A DNA stretch of 31,599 bases from contig JAYTHU010000115.1 of the NCBI GenBank assembly GCA_043732305.1, positions 1 through 31,599 on the forward strand. Reading direction: 5' to 3'. The notes under the pieces were generated by a model. It was not told the DNA's origin. It worked only from the letters and a program-made list of their open reading frames with translations, and did not search any database. Shown here piece after piece: positions 9,237 to 19,698 of this stretch. A program made the translations under genes and the position numbers. Each line of letters begins with the position of its first letter. The stretch's first letter is position 1. The stretch comes from Oligoflexia bacterium (lineage in GTDB: Bacteria > Bdellovibrionota > Bdellovibrionia > JABDDW01).

Positions 9237-11432
9237 TTATTTACTTTTTTTAGGCTTCTGGATGCGCATTGCATTGGCGATCCAGAACGTTATGGCGCCA
9301 AGAATTCCGAACGCGATGCAAGATACACCATCACTTTGAGCCATATTAGGGAATCTGGCACTCAAGTCGATCGCTTGCGCCCAATTTTCTTTGATCGACA
9401 ATAAAGCCACAAAAATTCCCGCAATGGATCCACCGGCAATCAAGCCGCTGGAAAAGAGTATTCCTGGCGAGGTGTCATCATCGGTTTGCCCGCGCTGCGT
9501 CTTTGCTTTTTTATCTTTTCGACGAGTGATGTATTCGGTGGCTAAACGGAGCATGCCTCCGGCAAAAATTGGCGAGCTTGCTGAAATAGGAAGGTACACG
9601 CCAACAGCAAAGGGAAGCGAAGCGATTCCACAAAGCTCAAGAACGACTGCGATGAAAACGCCTAAGAGCACGAGACTCCAGGGGAGTTTTTGGGTGAGAA
9701 TGCCATCGATGATCAAAGACATGAGGCGCGCTTTTGGAGCTTCATATTTAGGAACAGGGGTTCCGTCATCACGAGTTTTAAGCGCACCATTGATTCCGGG
9801 ATCGACCAAATAGACAATGTGACCAGAGTTATCTACAAGATATTTTCCCGCAGGAATTTTTTCTTTTGGCTCTGAAAGATGCAAGACATAATAAGTCCCT
9901 GGATCTTTTTTTGCCTCAGGGCCAGCGACGTGTTCCATTTTTGTTAGAGCCGCAACATCAAAAGTTGTCTCAGGAAAACTTCGTTTAGCGTAAATGGTGC
10001 TGGCGTCATTCAATAGCACAAGGGTGTAACCAATAACCAATGCACTTGTGAGAGCTCCCACTAACACTGCAATCTGTTGATACATTGGAGTTGCGCCGAT
10101 GAGATACCCAGTTTTTAAATCTTGAGATGTCGTGCCACCGTTAGATGCGGCAATGCAAACGATTGCGGCAATGCTAAGCGCTGTCACGCGGTAATCTATT
10201 CCAACCCAACCAAGCATGACAAAAATCAAACATGTAAGTAGTAGTGTGGCCACAGTCATTCCTGAGATTGGATTTGAAGAGGATCCAATCTCGCCAGTCA
10301 ATCGGGATGAAACTGTCACAAATAAAAATCCAAACAACACAATGAGCATGGCACCGAGTAAATTCATTTTCAAAGTAGGTGCAGCCCAAATCGCTAGAAT
10401 TAAAAACACACAACCCAGGAGAACGTACTTCATGGGGATATCCCGGTCCGTTCTTAAAATCTTTGAAGCAGATTTTTTTCCGCGCGAGTTCTTGAGTTGA
10501 CCTAGGCCGGCCATGAAAGAGCCAGCGATCGAAGGCAAACTTCGGACTAAACTGATAATTCCGCCCGCAGCGACAGCGCCGGCACCAATGTAGAGAACGT
10601 AATTTCTCCAGATTTCGTGAATTGTCATTTGAGAAATTAAAATCGTCGCGGGAAATAAAGGGGCGGTTAGTCCATGTCCAAAAAGTGTGATTGCAGGAAT
10701 TAAAACCAAGTTAGAAAGAACTCCTCCTCCCATCATGATTAAGGAAATTTTTGGACCAATGATATAGCCGACGCCTAAGAGCTCGGGGGAAACTTCGCAT
10801 GAGATAGATCCGCCCTTGTACCAGTTGAATGCTTTTTCCGGGACGTCATTCCAAAGTTTCAATCCTACGTTTAGCGCTTTGTAAATCAAGCCTAAGAAAA
10901 ATCCTGAGAACACGGTGAGGGCACTGGTGCCGCCTTTTTCTCCAACTATTAATACTTCGGCGCAAGCCGTTCCCTCGGGATAAGTGAGTTCTTCATGACC
11001 GTTGACTATCAGCGCGCGTCTCAGTGGAATCATCATGAGAACTCCAAGGAGTCCTCCTAGAACTGCCACGAGCATGATGCGGGAGATTTCCATGTTGTAG
11101 CCCATGATCAAAAGGGCGGGCATGGTGACGGCGACACCGAAGGCGATCGACTCGCCGGCTGAACCGGTCGTCTGGACAATATTGTTTTCTAAAATTGTTG
11201 CTTGTCTCAATCCAAATACTTTGGAGAGTCCCCGAAAAATGGTGATGGATAAAACGGCGACTGGGATCGAGGCGCTGACCGTCATTCCTACTTTGAGAGC
11301 CAAGTAAAGTGACGAGGCTCCAAAAACTATTCCTAAAAGGGCTCCAATAATTATCGGTAAGATCGTCAGTTCGGGAATTCTTTTTTCCGGAGCAATAAAC
11401 GGCTTAAAAGTTTCTGATGATGCAGTTTTCAT
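9237..11432 (-). CDS. OPT-family oligopeptide transporter
   Basis: YLALKVGMTVSASIP, LENNIVQT, YPEGTACAEVL, NPISGM, QDLKTGYL motifs; many TMs. Confidence 0.93.
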   Translation of the reverse strand: MKTASSETFKPFIAPEKRIPELTILPIIIGALLGIVFGASSLYLALKVGMTVSASIPVAVLSITIFRGLSKVFGLRQATILENNIVQTTGSAGESIAFGVAVTMPALLIMGYNMEISRIMLVAVLGGLLGVLMMIPLRRALIVNGHEELTYPEGTACAEVLIVGEKGGTSALTVFSGFFLGLIYKALNVGLKLWNDVPEKAFNWYKGGSISCEVSPELLGVGYIIGPKISLIMMGGGVLSNLVLIPAITLFGHGLTAPLFPATILISQMTIHEIWRNYVLYIGAGAVAAGGIISLVRSLPSIAGSFMAGLGQLKNSRGKKSASKILRTDRDIPMKYVLLGCVFLILAIWAAPTLKMNLLGAMLIVLFGFLFVTVSSRLTGEIGSSSNPISGMTVATLLLTCLIFVMLGWVGIDYRVTALSIAAIVCIAASNGGTTSQDLKTGYLIGATPMYQQIAVLVGALTSALVIGYTLVLLNDASTIYAKRSFPETTFDVAALTKMEHVAGPEAKKDPGTYYVLHLSEPKEKIPAGKYLVDNSGHIVYLVDPGINGALKTRDDGTPVPKYEAPKARLMSLIIDGILTQKLPWSLVLLGVFIAVVLELCGIASLPFAVGVYLPISASSPIFAGGMLRLATEYITRRKDKKAKTQRGQTDDDTSPGILFSSGLIAGGSIAGIFVALLSIKENWAQAIDLSARFPNMAQSDGVSCIAFGILGAITFWIANAMRIQKPKKSK

Positions 11433-11462
11433 AAAGTCAACTCCCCCGAGTTCAAGCGTTTA

Positions 11463-13430
11463 CTACAATTTAGAAACACGATCCAAAACTTCAGAACAGT
11501 TAACAACGATGGAATTTTTTGGAAGACCTGACGTTTCATTGCTATATTTAGCAAGGGAGTTTTCAGTTCCATTTTGTGTGCGCCAGTTTAAAAGCGTTGC
11601 AGAGATCTGGTCTAACGTAGGTGTTTGTGCAGAAGTCACAAAGCCTAAACCAGCAGAGTAAGTTTTTAAAAACTCGTCGTTTGGTTTCAACTTCAAGCTT
11701 TCATCAACTTTAGATTTAAGTGACATTAGAAGCGGATCTCTTACAAAAGTGGTCTTGAGAATGACAGATTCTTCCAGTCGCGCTATTTCATATTCTAATA
11801 AATTCATCATTCGAGGATTACGTCCAGTTTGAAAATCGGTCGCACCTTTCAAGATGTCGGTTTCTAAAGACGCTAAATCGATTTTTAATTTCGATGTGAG
11901 TGCCGCATCTTTGGTTTCAGACAACGTATTTTGGATTCCTTCGCGCAGAATCATAAGTCTCAGAAATAGGTTTCTGAAAGAAATGATCTGGTGATTGCGG
12001 GCATACTTAAAAGCGTAGGTGGCTCGCGAAGCATTGGCCGGATGATCCGAGTTGTCTCCAGTCATAGCCGATCTCAGTTCCTCTGGACTTAGCAATGAAA
12101 CCATTTCGGCAAGTTGATCCTGAACACGGCCAACTCCACCTCTGACTTCGGAACGATATGTTGGAGGAGCTTGCGGTCTCGGATTCATAGAATCTTCACC
12201 TGCAGGGTGAACCAAATCATATTCTTTTGCTGCATTTAAGAACGCTGGAAATTTTGAACTGTTAGGAACTGCCATTCCTCCTGAAACGCGAAAGAAGAAT
12301 CTTGCCATAGCATAATGACCGCCATTGGAAACCGCGCCGAGATCGGCGGTGAATTCGTTCTCTCTTGAGACTGTGGCTTGAATGAGTGTGACCAAATCTT
12401 TGTAAGCTTGCTCGTCTTTTGCATTGCCGGGCTTAGTGTCCGTTAAAATGCCTTTGTCTCTAAGCATTATTAACATATCAGTTTTGTCTTTGGACACTTC
12501 TAACATTTGGAAATTCACAATCAGTGAATTTAGAAAAGCTGTGGATTCTTTAATGATCTCTTCTTGACTTGCGTCAATGGCTGGTTTCTGAATAGCGTTC
12601 GCATTTTTCAGATAGGCTTTTTTACGTCCGGTGACAATGAGTTTGGAAACTTTCTTGGCTTCAGTGTCGTGCACTCCGTAAGTCATTCTCATTCTCATGC
12701 GAATGAGATCTTCCATGCCGGTAAATAAAGTTTCTTTAAATCCGCTAACAATACTTTTCATATGTGGAGCTGCGGCAAAGTATAATTCGGTGACTTTTTC
12801 CATCATCATCATCAACTGCATCCCACGTTCAGGATGGCTCATTATGACGTGTGTGAGTTCATGTTCAAGCACTGATTGCAGCATTCTGGGATCGGCAATC
12901 GCGAGCAATTCATCATTGATGACGACATCAACATGGTCTTTAGAAACCGCAAAGGTGTAAGCGTTGATCGGGCCTGCGGCAATCAGGAATCGAGCATTGG
13001 CTAATTGCAAATCGTTATACCCAAGATTTTTCATTGCGGACGTTATGGCTTTAAAAACTGCGGGATTGGTTTCTGCTGTCACGCGAGTCATGTTCAATAA
13101 ACTCTGTGCATAGGTGGTGCGGATTTCTTCCTGCATGCCCTTTGAGAATGCCGCAGACTGTTGAGCAATGATTGGCAATTGGTATACACTCGTGAGGTCT
13201 ATATCCAAATGGGATGCGGCAAGTTCTGTTTGTTGAATCCGAAAAATTTCATTGAGAGTAGGGTCATTTAAGTAGCGGGCGAGAGTTTGAGTGCTCCATC
13301 GCATGTTCGTTGATAGCGTTGATTCGTTGTCATTTGGTGCTGCGTGAGCAGTTGTTGCCGATGACAGAACGAATGCGCCAAGTAACACATTGCTGAGTAC
13401 ATAACTGCACAAGATAGAAATGTTTTTCAC
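11463..13430 (-). CDS. Secreted M48-like zinc metallopeptidase
   Basis: Signal peptide (TAHA), INAY, HELTH zinc motif, SRENEFTAD third-ligand motif, SDHP; GTG start with G-rich SD. Confidence 0.75.
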   Translation of the reverse strand: MKNISILCSYVLSNVLLGAFVLSSATTAHAAPNDNESTLSTNMRWSTQTLARYLNDPTLNEIFRIQQTELAASHLDIDLTSVYQLPIIAQQSAAFSKGMQEEIRTTYAQSLLNMTRVTAETNPAVFKAITSAMKNLGYNDLQLANARFLIAAGPINAYTFAVSKDHVDVVINDELLAIADPRMLQSVLEHELTHVIMSHPERGMQLMMMMEKVTELYFAAAPHMKSIVSGFKETLFTGMEDLIRMRMRMTYGVHDTEAKKVSKLIVTGRKKAYLKNANAIQKPAIDASQEEIIKESTAFLNSLIVNFQMLEVSKDKTDMLIMLRDKGILTDTKPGNAKDEQAYKDLVTLIQATVSRENEFTADLGAVSNGGHYAMARFFFRVSGGMAVPNSSKFPAFLNAAKEYDLVHPAGEDSMNPRPQAPPTYRSEVRGGVGRVQDQLAEMVSLLSPEELRSAMTGDNSDHPANASRATYAFKYARNHQIISFRNLFLRLMILREGIQNTLSETKDAALTSKLKIDLASLETDILKGATDFQTGRNPRMMNLLEYEIARLEESVILKTTFVRDPLLMSLKSKVDESLKLKPNDEFLKTYSAGLGFVTSAQTPTLDQISATLLNWRTQNGTENSLAKYSNETSGLPKNSIVVNCSEVLDRVSKL

Positions 13431-13475
13431 TGAAGTCCCCCAAGAAAACCCAAACCATTGTTGAAAAGTTGGTAG

Positions 13476-13504
13476 AAGTTAGCATGCGGGGGAAAGCAGG
13501 TCAA
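13476..13504 (-). promoter_or_regulatory. Sigma70-type promoter of the M48-like gene
   Basis: Minus strand TTGACC-N17-TAACTT with TG extended -10. Confidence 0.5.
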
Positions 13505-13531
13505 TTTTGAATTGCAGCGAGGAGGAAGGTT

Positions 13532-15112
13532 TTAAGCGGCGTCCTTTTTAAACGAGATTTGAGATCGCAGAAACTTGATTTTTGCACAGTAAGCATACAA
13601 GAGGGGGTAGTCGGCTCTGCGGATAAACAAGTTCTCTAAGTCATAACTATTCAGACGTTGCAAAGTCTTTGTTGAGAGAACGGTCCCTTTTTTGAGATAC
13701 CTTAAATATTTGTCGTTTTTAGGAAGCCGCATGTAAATGTCGAATAGGATTGCTTGGCCACCTTCGAAATATTTAAGTGCTACTTTGCTGAAATCCTCGC
13801 CATCGATGTCGGAAAATTTTGGAAGGCTATCAACGGGAAGAAATGCAAAAATAATTTCTTCTTTGCCGATTTGAGATTTGACTAAAAAATCAGCCTGACT
13901 TTCGGCCCAGATTTCAAATTGTATTGGTTCTGTCCTTAATTCCAAGACACCGCAGATATCAGAGAGATCTTCTCCGCTTTTGCCCATTTCAATTTTGAGT
14001 TGATCGTAGACCTTTTTTGCAAGCTCATAGTCGGGAAGATTACTCGAAGTTCCCGAAAGTAAGTAACCTGAATAACGTGAACTCTTGATCACGGATGCGG
14101 TCACTTGGTTAAGGACCCTGATCTGTTCAGACTTTTCCTGGGTTTCTGTCACCAACACATTATCAATTGCTTTTATTAAACATTGTTCCAGTATTGAGAT
14201 CACCGTCACAGTTTTCTCAGCAGTTTCGTCTTTCTCAATCGTTGTTTCGCTCTCAGTTTCAAAAGCTTCCAACAAGGCGATTTCTAAGCTGTTGTCATCC
14301 ACTGTGAGCTTGCTTGAAACTTCTGAAACTCCCGAGACCATTTCTTCGGGCGCTTCTTGAGTGACTTGAAACTTAACATCTGACCCCACTTTTTGAAACA
14401 TGATCAATCCTGAATCGTCCACTTCTCTGTCTGTCATGATCAAATGAGATTTTCCTTGGCGCGTGCCTCTTTGCACTTCGTTAAATAGTACGGATGGGTT
14501 TCCGCCTTTGAAGTAAAAAAATCTTTCTTTGTTTTCGATCGTCGCTGATCCCATCCAAATTTGGTCTTCTTCTAACTGAGCGTCAACTTTTACTATCCAC
14601 TGTGTTTCTTTGGGAACTTCGTTGGAGGAAATTTTCTTCTTATCAATGATATGCAGTTTACTAGAATCTGTATTGTCCCAATTGATATTTACCTTTTTGG
14701 AAGGTGCCTTTCTTTTGTCGTTTGCACGATCTGACTGTGAATTTTTATTTCTCAAAAGACCTTGAATCCGCATGTGAATATTCACCCCACTCAACGGTGG
14801 GAGCACAGTGTTCGGAATTCCACTCGCCATTAGCGATGTTGTCGTGCGGGAGTTATTTTCTTCCGCAAAGATAATGCAAATGGAGTCAGTTTTTGATTTA
14901 AAGATTTTATGAACTTTTTTAATATTGACGCCTTTGAGATTCCAACTAAGGATTAAGACGTCAGGTTTGAAAGTAGAAATAGCGTTGACAGATTCCATGA
15001 GATTATGAATAAATTTTATTTCATATTCATGCTTTTTGAGATAGTCAAAAGTGCTCATGACAAGCTCATTATTGTTCATTAGAATCAAAACTTTTGCGAT
15101 TTCGGCCGACAC
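13532..15112 (-). CDS. Multidomain protein with N-terminal degenerate receiver domain
   Basis: Receiver-like pattern KVLIL...KPDVLILSWNL; acidic linker; GTG start with GAGGAGG SD. Confidence 0.7.
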   Translation of the reverse strand: MSAEIAKVLILMNNNELVMSTFDYLKKHEYEIKFIHNLMESVNAISTFKPDVLILSWNLKGVNIKKVHKIFKSKTDSICIIFAEENNSRTTTSLMASGIPNTVLPPLSGVNIHMRIQGLLRNKNSQSDRANDKRKAPSKKVNINWDNTDSSKLHIIDKKKISSNEVPKETQWIVKVDAQLEEDQIWMGSATIENKERFFYFKGGNPSVLFNEVQRGTRQGKSHLIMTDREVDDSGLIMFQKVGSDVKFQVTQEAPEEMVSGVSEVSSKLTVDDNSLEIALLEAFETESETTIEKDETAEKTVTVISILEQCLIKAIDNVLVTETQEKSEQIRVLNQVTASVIKSSRYSGYLLSGTSSNLPDYELAKKVYDQLKIEMGKSGEDLSDICGVLELRTEPIQFEIWAESQADFLVKSQIGKEEIIFAFLPVDSLPKFSDIDGEDFSKVALKYFEGGQAILFDIYMRLPKNDKYLRYLKKGTVLSTKTLQRLNSYDLENLFIRRADYPLLYAYCAKIKFLRSQISFKKDAA

Positions 15113-15159
15113 TTTTCCCTCCTCTTTTCTCTCTGCTTTTTCGGAGACTTTGAGAGAAA

Positions 15160-16125
15160 TTATGAGGAATAAATGGCGTAGTGAGCGATGAGTGCGGCTA
15201 AAGTAGCTGTTCGTTGGTCTAGGTCATAGCTAGGATTGACCTCATATATGCTGAATAGCTGGGGTGAGTATTTTTCGACTATGCGCTTTATCATTGGTAA
15301 AAAATCTTTAGACTGAAGACCAGTAGGAAAAACCTGACTTGCTCCAGGTGCCTCGCTAGAAGAAAATCCATCAATATCAATGCTGATGGCCATCATGTGT
15401 TTTTTTGGATTGAACTTTTTAAAAACTTTCTTATGCATGAGATCAAACAAGCCATATTTATGCGAAAAAATATCATCGAGTGTGATAACTGTTGCGCCTT
15501 TTCCCTTCGCCCAATCCATGTGATATTTTGAATTGCACCAATTTTGAATTCCAACTTCAAAAAAATGCATATCTGGAAATTGATTGAGCAGTCGGTAAAA
15601 AGCAGTTCCACTATTGATGTTTTTTTCATCCGAGCGAACATCTAGGTGTGCATCGAAATTTATGATGAATGGCTTTTTCTGGTTCAGTGCCGCCCAAGTG
15701 CAAAATCCTGCCAGATCTGGAAAAGCGTAATCGTTTCCGCCACCGAGAGTGAGAATTTTGGCATGTCGCGCGAGACAACCCGTGATAATGCTTTGAGCCC
15801 GCAAGTGTCTTTCGTTGATAGTTCCATCGAGTTTTAAATTACCGATGTCATAGATTTTACTTTTAAATAGAGAGTTATAGCCTGGAGTCATTTTGTAAAA
15901 AGATTTTTTAATAGACTGTGGGCCGAGTTTTGTTCCAACCCGTCCTCTGTTATTTTTGACTCCATCGTCATCAGGATAGCTCAATATGACGACGTCGCCC
16001 TTTTTGATTTCCGAATCAATTTGGGACCACTCGGCACTTAAAACAATGTCGCCGAGCCGGGGATCGAGGGGATCATTTTTAGAAAAAAAGACATCATGTG
16101 TGGTGGGTTCTAGCCATTCTTTCAC
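15160..16125 (-). CDS. hutG: Formimidoylglutamase (arginase family)
   Basis: NRGRVG..GP, LGGGND, DAHLDVR, SGTAF, SIDID, APGAS, EVNP motifs. Confidence 0.85.
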   Translation of the reverse strand: MKEWLEPTTHDVFFSKNDPLDPRLGDIVLSAEWSQIDSEIKKGDVVILSYPDDDGVKNNRGRVGTKLGPQSIKKSFYKMTPGYNSLFKSKIYDIGNLKLDGTINERHLRAQSIITGCLARHAKILTLGGGNDYAFPDLAGFCTWAALNQKKPFIINFDAHLDVRSDEKNINSGTAFYRLLNQFPDMHFFEVGIQNWCNSKYHMDWAKGKGATVITLDDIFSHKYGLFDLMHKKVFKKFNPKKHMMAISIDIDGFSSSEAPGASQVFPTGLQSKDFLPMIKRIVEKYSPQLFSIYEVNPSYDLDQRTATLAALIAHYAIYSS

Positions 16126-17288
16126 TTGTTGTGCCCAAGCTTTAAAGTTCTTGGGGCAAATAGTGGGCGAGTATGAAAAAAACTTTCGCTTTTCTTCAAT
16201 TCTTGTAAGAGTACTTTCTTGTAACTCGCGCTCGGCAATTCCTTTTTTATTCTGATAATTTTATAAAATTTTACCAGGATTTTTACCGCATTTTCGACAT
16301 CGCTTAGACTGATTTGTTCCGGCCCCGGTTTTCCATTTTCTTTTTGATTGTGATAGTTTCCAAGAGGAACCGCCATTCCAGCCGCTTTAATTCCAAAAAC
16401 GCTAAATGCTGTGGCTTCGCAAGTTCCGCCGCTCATGATACGTCTCTGAGATTTAATCCCTTTGGCCGCCTCATCAATTAGAGCAATCAAGTCATTGTCA
16501 AAAAGCGTGCGCCGATCTCCAAGCCTGATCACCGGGCCACTCCCAATTTTAGCGCCGTCCATTTGCTTGCTTGCTTCAAGTGAAATAACTCTGTTTTTGA
16601 AACCAAGCGTTTTATCTTTTAAAATTCCCAGAGTTCCCTTGAATCCAGTTTCCTCTGCGGTTGTAAAAATACCTAAAAAGTTTTTTCTTTCAATTGTGGA
16701 TAGACGTCTGATTACACTTAATATAATCACCGCCCCGGCGAGATCGTCAGCCACTCGTGTTTCTAAAAGATTCTTTTTAAACTTATATGCCGGAAAATCA
16801 AACGCACCAAAACAAGTTGTTCCCACTTGAAATGGAGAACTTAAAAGCTTAATGAAAAAACGCCGTTCTTTTTTGTCAGGCTCAGACAAAACCTGACCCG
16901 TTCCCATGAGTCCGGGAAAACCAGGATGATGAATGGCCATGCGCGAATTTTTCATGATGGGAGGGTGACCGCCGTGCCATTTGGCTTCAAAAATTTGGCC
17001 ACCAGCTTGGCGATTTGCCTTTCGGGTTGACGAACGAGTGACGACTTCAGTCTGCAAAATGTGAAAGCCGGGATGATCAGTGTGAGCAACTAGCGCTACT
17101 TTAGATGACATTTTGAGTTCTCGAGGAGATTTCGCCCCGGCAAATATATTTCCCCACCTGTCTTGAAAATACGGAAAACGAATTTCATCCAATTCATTTT
17201 TAATATATTCCAACACCCATTCTTCACGATAGGGAGCGGTCGGCTGGGAAAAAAGTCCTTTAAGTTGTGTTTTGATTGATTTTATCAT
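16122..17288 (-). CDS. M42/M20/M28-like metallopeptidase
   Basis: DRWGN, AHTDH, ADD, AEETG, GGTCEA, NYHN motifs; start set at ATG 17288 (alternative GTG 17306). Confidence 0.8.
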   Translation of the reverse strand: MIKSIKTQLKGLFSQPTAPYREEWVLEYIKNELDEIRFPYFQDRWGNIFAGAKSPRELKMSSKVALVAHTDHPGFHILQTEVVTRSSTRKANRQAGGQIFEAKWHGGHPPIMKNSRMAIHHPGFPGLMGTGQVLSEPDKKERRFFIKLLSSPFQVGTTCFGAFDFPAYKFKKNLLETRVADDLAGAVIILSVIRRLSTIERKNFLGIFTTAEETGFKGTLGILKDKTLGFKNRVISLEASKQMDGAKIGSGPVIRLGDRRTLFDNDLIALIDEAAKGIKSQRRIMSGGTCEATAFSVFGIKAAGMAVPLGNYHNQKENGKPGPEQISLSDVENAVKILVKFYKIIRIKKELPSASYKKVLLQELKKSESFFHTRPLFAPRTLKLGHNK

Positions 17289-17299
17289 AAATTTTTTAA

Positions 17300-18220
17300 A
17301 TGTCACTTTCGCTTTTAGGACTTATTGTAGCTTCTATCGCATGGGGAGCAAGCTTCTTTCTCATCAAAGAAGCGATTGCTCTCATTGGAACTCATGTTTT
17401 TTTGGTGATGCGTTTGGTCGTGGCGGGACTTTTTCTCTCGATAGTGTTCTGGAAAAAAATGTGGGCCACGCCATCAAAAGTAAGGAGACAAGGCCTCGTG
17501 CTGGGCCTCGTGCTTTTTGTGCCGCTTTGGCTCCAGACTGTTGGTTTAGAAAGTATCTCTTCAGCTCGTTCGAGCTTTATCACTTCTCTCTATGTGCCAT
17601 TCACTCCGCTCATCGTTTGGATTTATTTGAAGAAGAAAGTTTCTTCAGTCCAGATTTTTTTAACTTTGTTTGCTTTGGCTGGCTCGTTTTTAATGAACTG
17701 GCCTTCTATGGATATAGCTTCTGGAAAAATTGTAAGCACTGGAGATTTGCTTACGGTAATCAGTGCCGTGCTTTTTGCTTTGCACATGGTTTTGGTCGGC
17801 GAGTGGATGGCTAAAGAACATGCTGTCGATGGATTGCAACTCGGCATTTGGCAATTTATTGGTAGCAGTGCCGGCGCGATTTCTCTACTCGTTTATGATT
17901 TTATTTTTGCTTCAAATGGTCAGAGCTGGCTGGTCCTTTCGCAAATGCCCCATTGGAGTTTCGGGTTGTGGGCGATTATTTTGTACTGCGGGATCATTGC
18001 GACTTGCCTGTGCTTCATGCTGCAGATTTATTGTCAGCGACATGTTGAGGCTTCGCGAGCGGCGTTGATCTTCGCTTTGGAAGCACCTTTTGCAACGATT
18101 TTTGCGTTCGTCTTTGTGGGAGAGACTGTGGGCTTGATTGAAATGGTCGGCGCAAGTTTTATTTTTTTAGCTAGCATCTGGCCGGAAAAGTGGTTATCAA
18201 AATCCCATGGCACACTTTGA
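17300..18220 (+). CDS. EamA/DMT-family transporter
   Basis: WGASF, SFITSLYVPFTP, GDLL, ALEAPFA; two hydrophobic repeats. Confidence 0.9.
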   Translation: MSLSLLGLIVASIAWGASFFLIKEAIALIGTHVFLVMRLVVAGLFLSIVFWKKMWATPSKVRRQGLVLGLVLFVPLWLQTVGLESISSARSSFITSLYVPFTPLIVWIYLKKKVSSVQIFLTLFALAGSFLMNWPSMDIASGKIVSTGDLLTVISAVLFALHMVLVGEWMAKEHAVDGLQLGIWQFIGSSAGAISLLVYDFIFASNGQSWLVLSQMPHWSFGLWAIILYCGIIATCLCFMLQIYCQRHVEASRAALIFALEAPFATIFAFVFVGETVGLIEMVGASFIFLASIWPEKWLSKSHGTL

Positions 18221-18659
18221 ATTTTCCAGTTTAATTAAAGCTCCTCGCGCACAAGTCTTTGCGTTCATGACCAATCCTGAGAGTTTGGCCGCAATCATTC
18301 CTCCAGATTACAAACTCGAACCTATGAGTCTGATATCTCAATTCAAAAAAGGTCTCGAGTATGATTTGCGAGTCAGTCGCTACGGCATTTCTATCTTATG
18401 GGGTATTTTGATTGAAGATTTTGAGGCCGGGGTGATGTACCGAGATCGTCAGACTCATGGACCATTTTCATTGTGGCTACACACCCACCGTTTTGACGAT
18501 CACGGGCAAGGCACCATCATGAAAGATGTTGTCGAGTATGATTTAGCTTTTGGACTTTTCGGGAAACTTGCTCTTGATCTCTATGCGAAGCGCGAACTCG
18601 AACGTGTTTTTACCGCCCGCCACGCCCGCCTCCAAGAATTGATTGGTTCGAAAGATTGA
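18207..18659 (+). CDS. SRPBCC-family protein
   Basis: APRAQVFAF..NPESL, DRQTHGPFSLWLHTHRF, GTIMKDVVEY, FTARH. Confidence 0.85.
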   Translation: MAHFEFSSLIKAPRAQVFAFMTNPESLAAIIPPDYKLEPMSLISQFKKGLEYDLRVSRYGISILWGILIEDFEAGVMYRDRQTHGPFSLWLHTHRFDDHGQGTIMKDVVEYDLAFGLFGKLALDLYAKRELERVFTARHARLQELIGSKD

Positions 18660-18668
18660 ATTGAGTTA

Positions 18669-18684
18669 GGGCATCTGGATTGCA
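18669..18684 (+). promoter_or_regulatory. Possible sigma54 -24/-12 promoter
   Basis: GGGCATCTGGATTGCA: GG-N10-GC spacing, 14 nt before ATG 18699. Confidence 0.45.
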
Positions 18685-18698
18685 GTAGCTGCAGCCAT

Positions 18699-19676
18699 AT
18701 GCAGAACAGCTCGGGCATTTGCGCCAGAACGCTCCTGGCCTTCAAAATCTCAATTATAACAGCATGCTTCATGCCGTTATTTGCTTCGGCGACTACACTT
18801 TGGCCATCTTCACTGTCTTGTGAAACAGCCCTTGCAAATATCGCTATTGAACTTCCACTAGCACTCAGCGCAAGGAAATTCATATCACTCACAATGCTTG
18901 ATCAATCAACCGTGCAAGGACCAAAGGAAGGAAGTGACCAATCGGTGGAGCCACTAGTCTCAGAAATTCTTGAGCACACGCACGGAATTTGGCGAACGAA
19001 TAAAACTTCCTACGGGGAATTTTATTTTAACTCTAACGCCGGTCGAGAAATTATACTTTTTGTACCACGACTAATCCAAGACGAAACGAAATCACAATTG
19101 GAGTCTGTTTTTAGCGCCACAACATATGATCACCTTAACCTCATCACTACGAATATTAAAAGTGAGGCGGGGCAGGTTAAGTTCGAAGATTACCGAATGG
19201 CGAATCGAGGAAATAGGTTTATCCGCTCGGTAAACCTTGGCTTGTTGAAGTCTGAACTCGAAGCAAAGATTCTTAACATCCTTTGCGAAAACAATATTAT
19301 TCAAGGCAATGGCGAAGCGATCAAAGATGTAGGTGATGATCCAAGTTTTATTGCCGCTAAAAAAATCCTCTCTGAAATTGAAATGAATTTTGAAAGCGAA
19401 GCCAAAGATGCTGGTGATTTTGACTTGGTCCAGCAGCAAATAGCAAGAGCGTTTAGCCGACAGGTAAAACAGGCCACGGAGATGAAAAATCATGTTCTTG
19501 CAGCGTCGCTTTCGAAGAGCGCTACCCAATCCCAAGATTTTGCGGGGCGCCTTTACGGGTTCAGCAAAGTTTTGTCTATTGGGTTGGGCGGCAATAAACG
19601 TCTGGAAAAATCCCATCAGGTTCAAGTTGGCAGAATTATAACTGAGTTGCTCGAAAGCCAAAGCGTTAGAAATTAA
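18699..19676 (+). CDS. Hypothetical secreted protein
   Basis: 325-aa ORF filling the gap; signal-peptide-like N-terminus (FASA); no recognised domain. Confidence 0.65.
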   Translation: MQNSSGICARTLLAFKISIITACFMPLFASATTLWPSSLSCETALANIAIELPLALSARKFISLTMLDQSTVQGPKEGSDQSVEPLVSEILEHTHGIWRTNKTSYGEFYFNSNAGREIILFVPRLIQDETKSQLESVFSATTYDHLNLITTNIKSEAGQVKFEDYRMANRGNRFIRSVNLGLLKSELEAKILNILCENNIIQGNGEAIKDVGDDPSFIAAKKILSEIEMNFESEAKDAGDFDLVQQQIARAFSRQVKQATEMKNHVLAASLSKSATQSQDFAGRLYGFSKVLSIGLGGNKRLEKSHQVQVGRIITELLESQSVRN

Positions 19677-19698
19677 ACTAGCTATGCAACATAAGGTT

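Noticed and set aside
11100..11177. C-ending codon patch in the OPT gene as a sixth repeat site
   Set aside because: No repeat sequence found beside it; kept as a counterexample showing background variation. A shorter patch at about 18612-18632 is likewise unexplained
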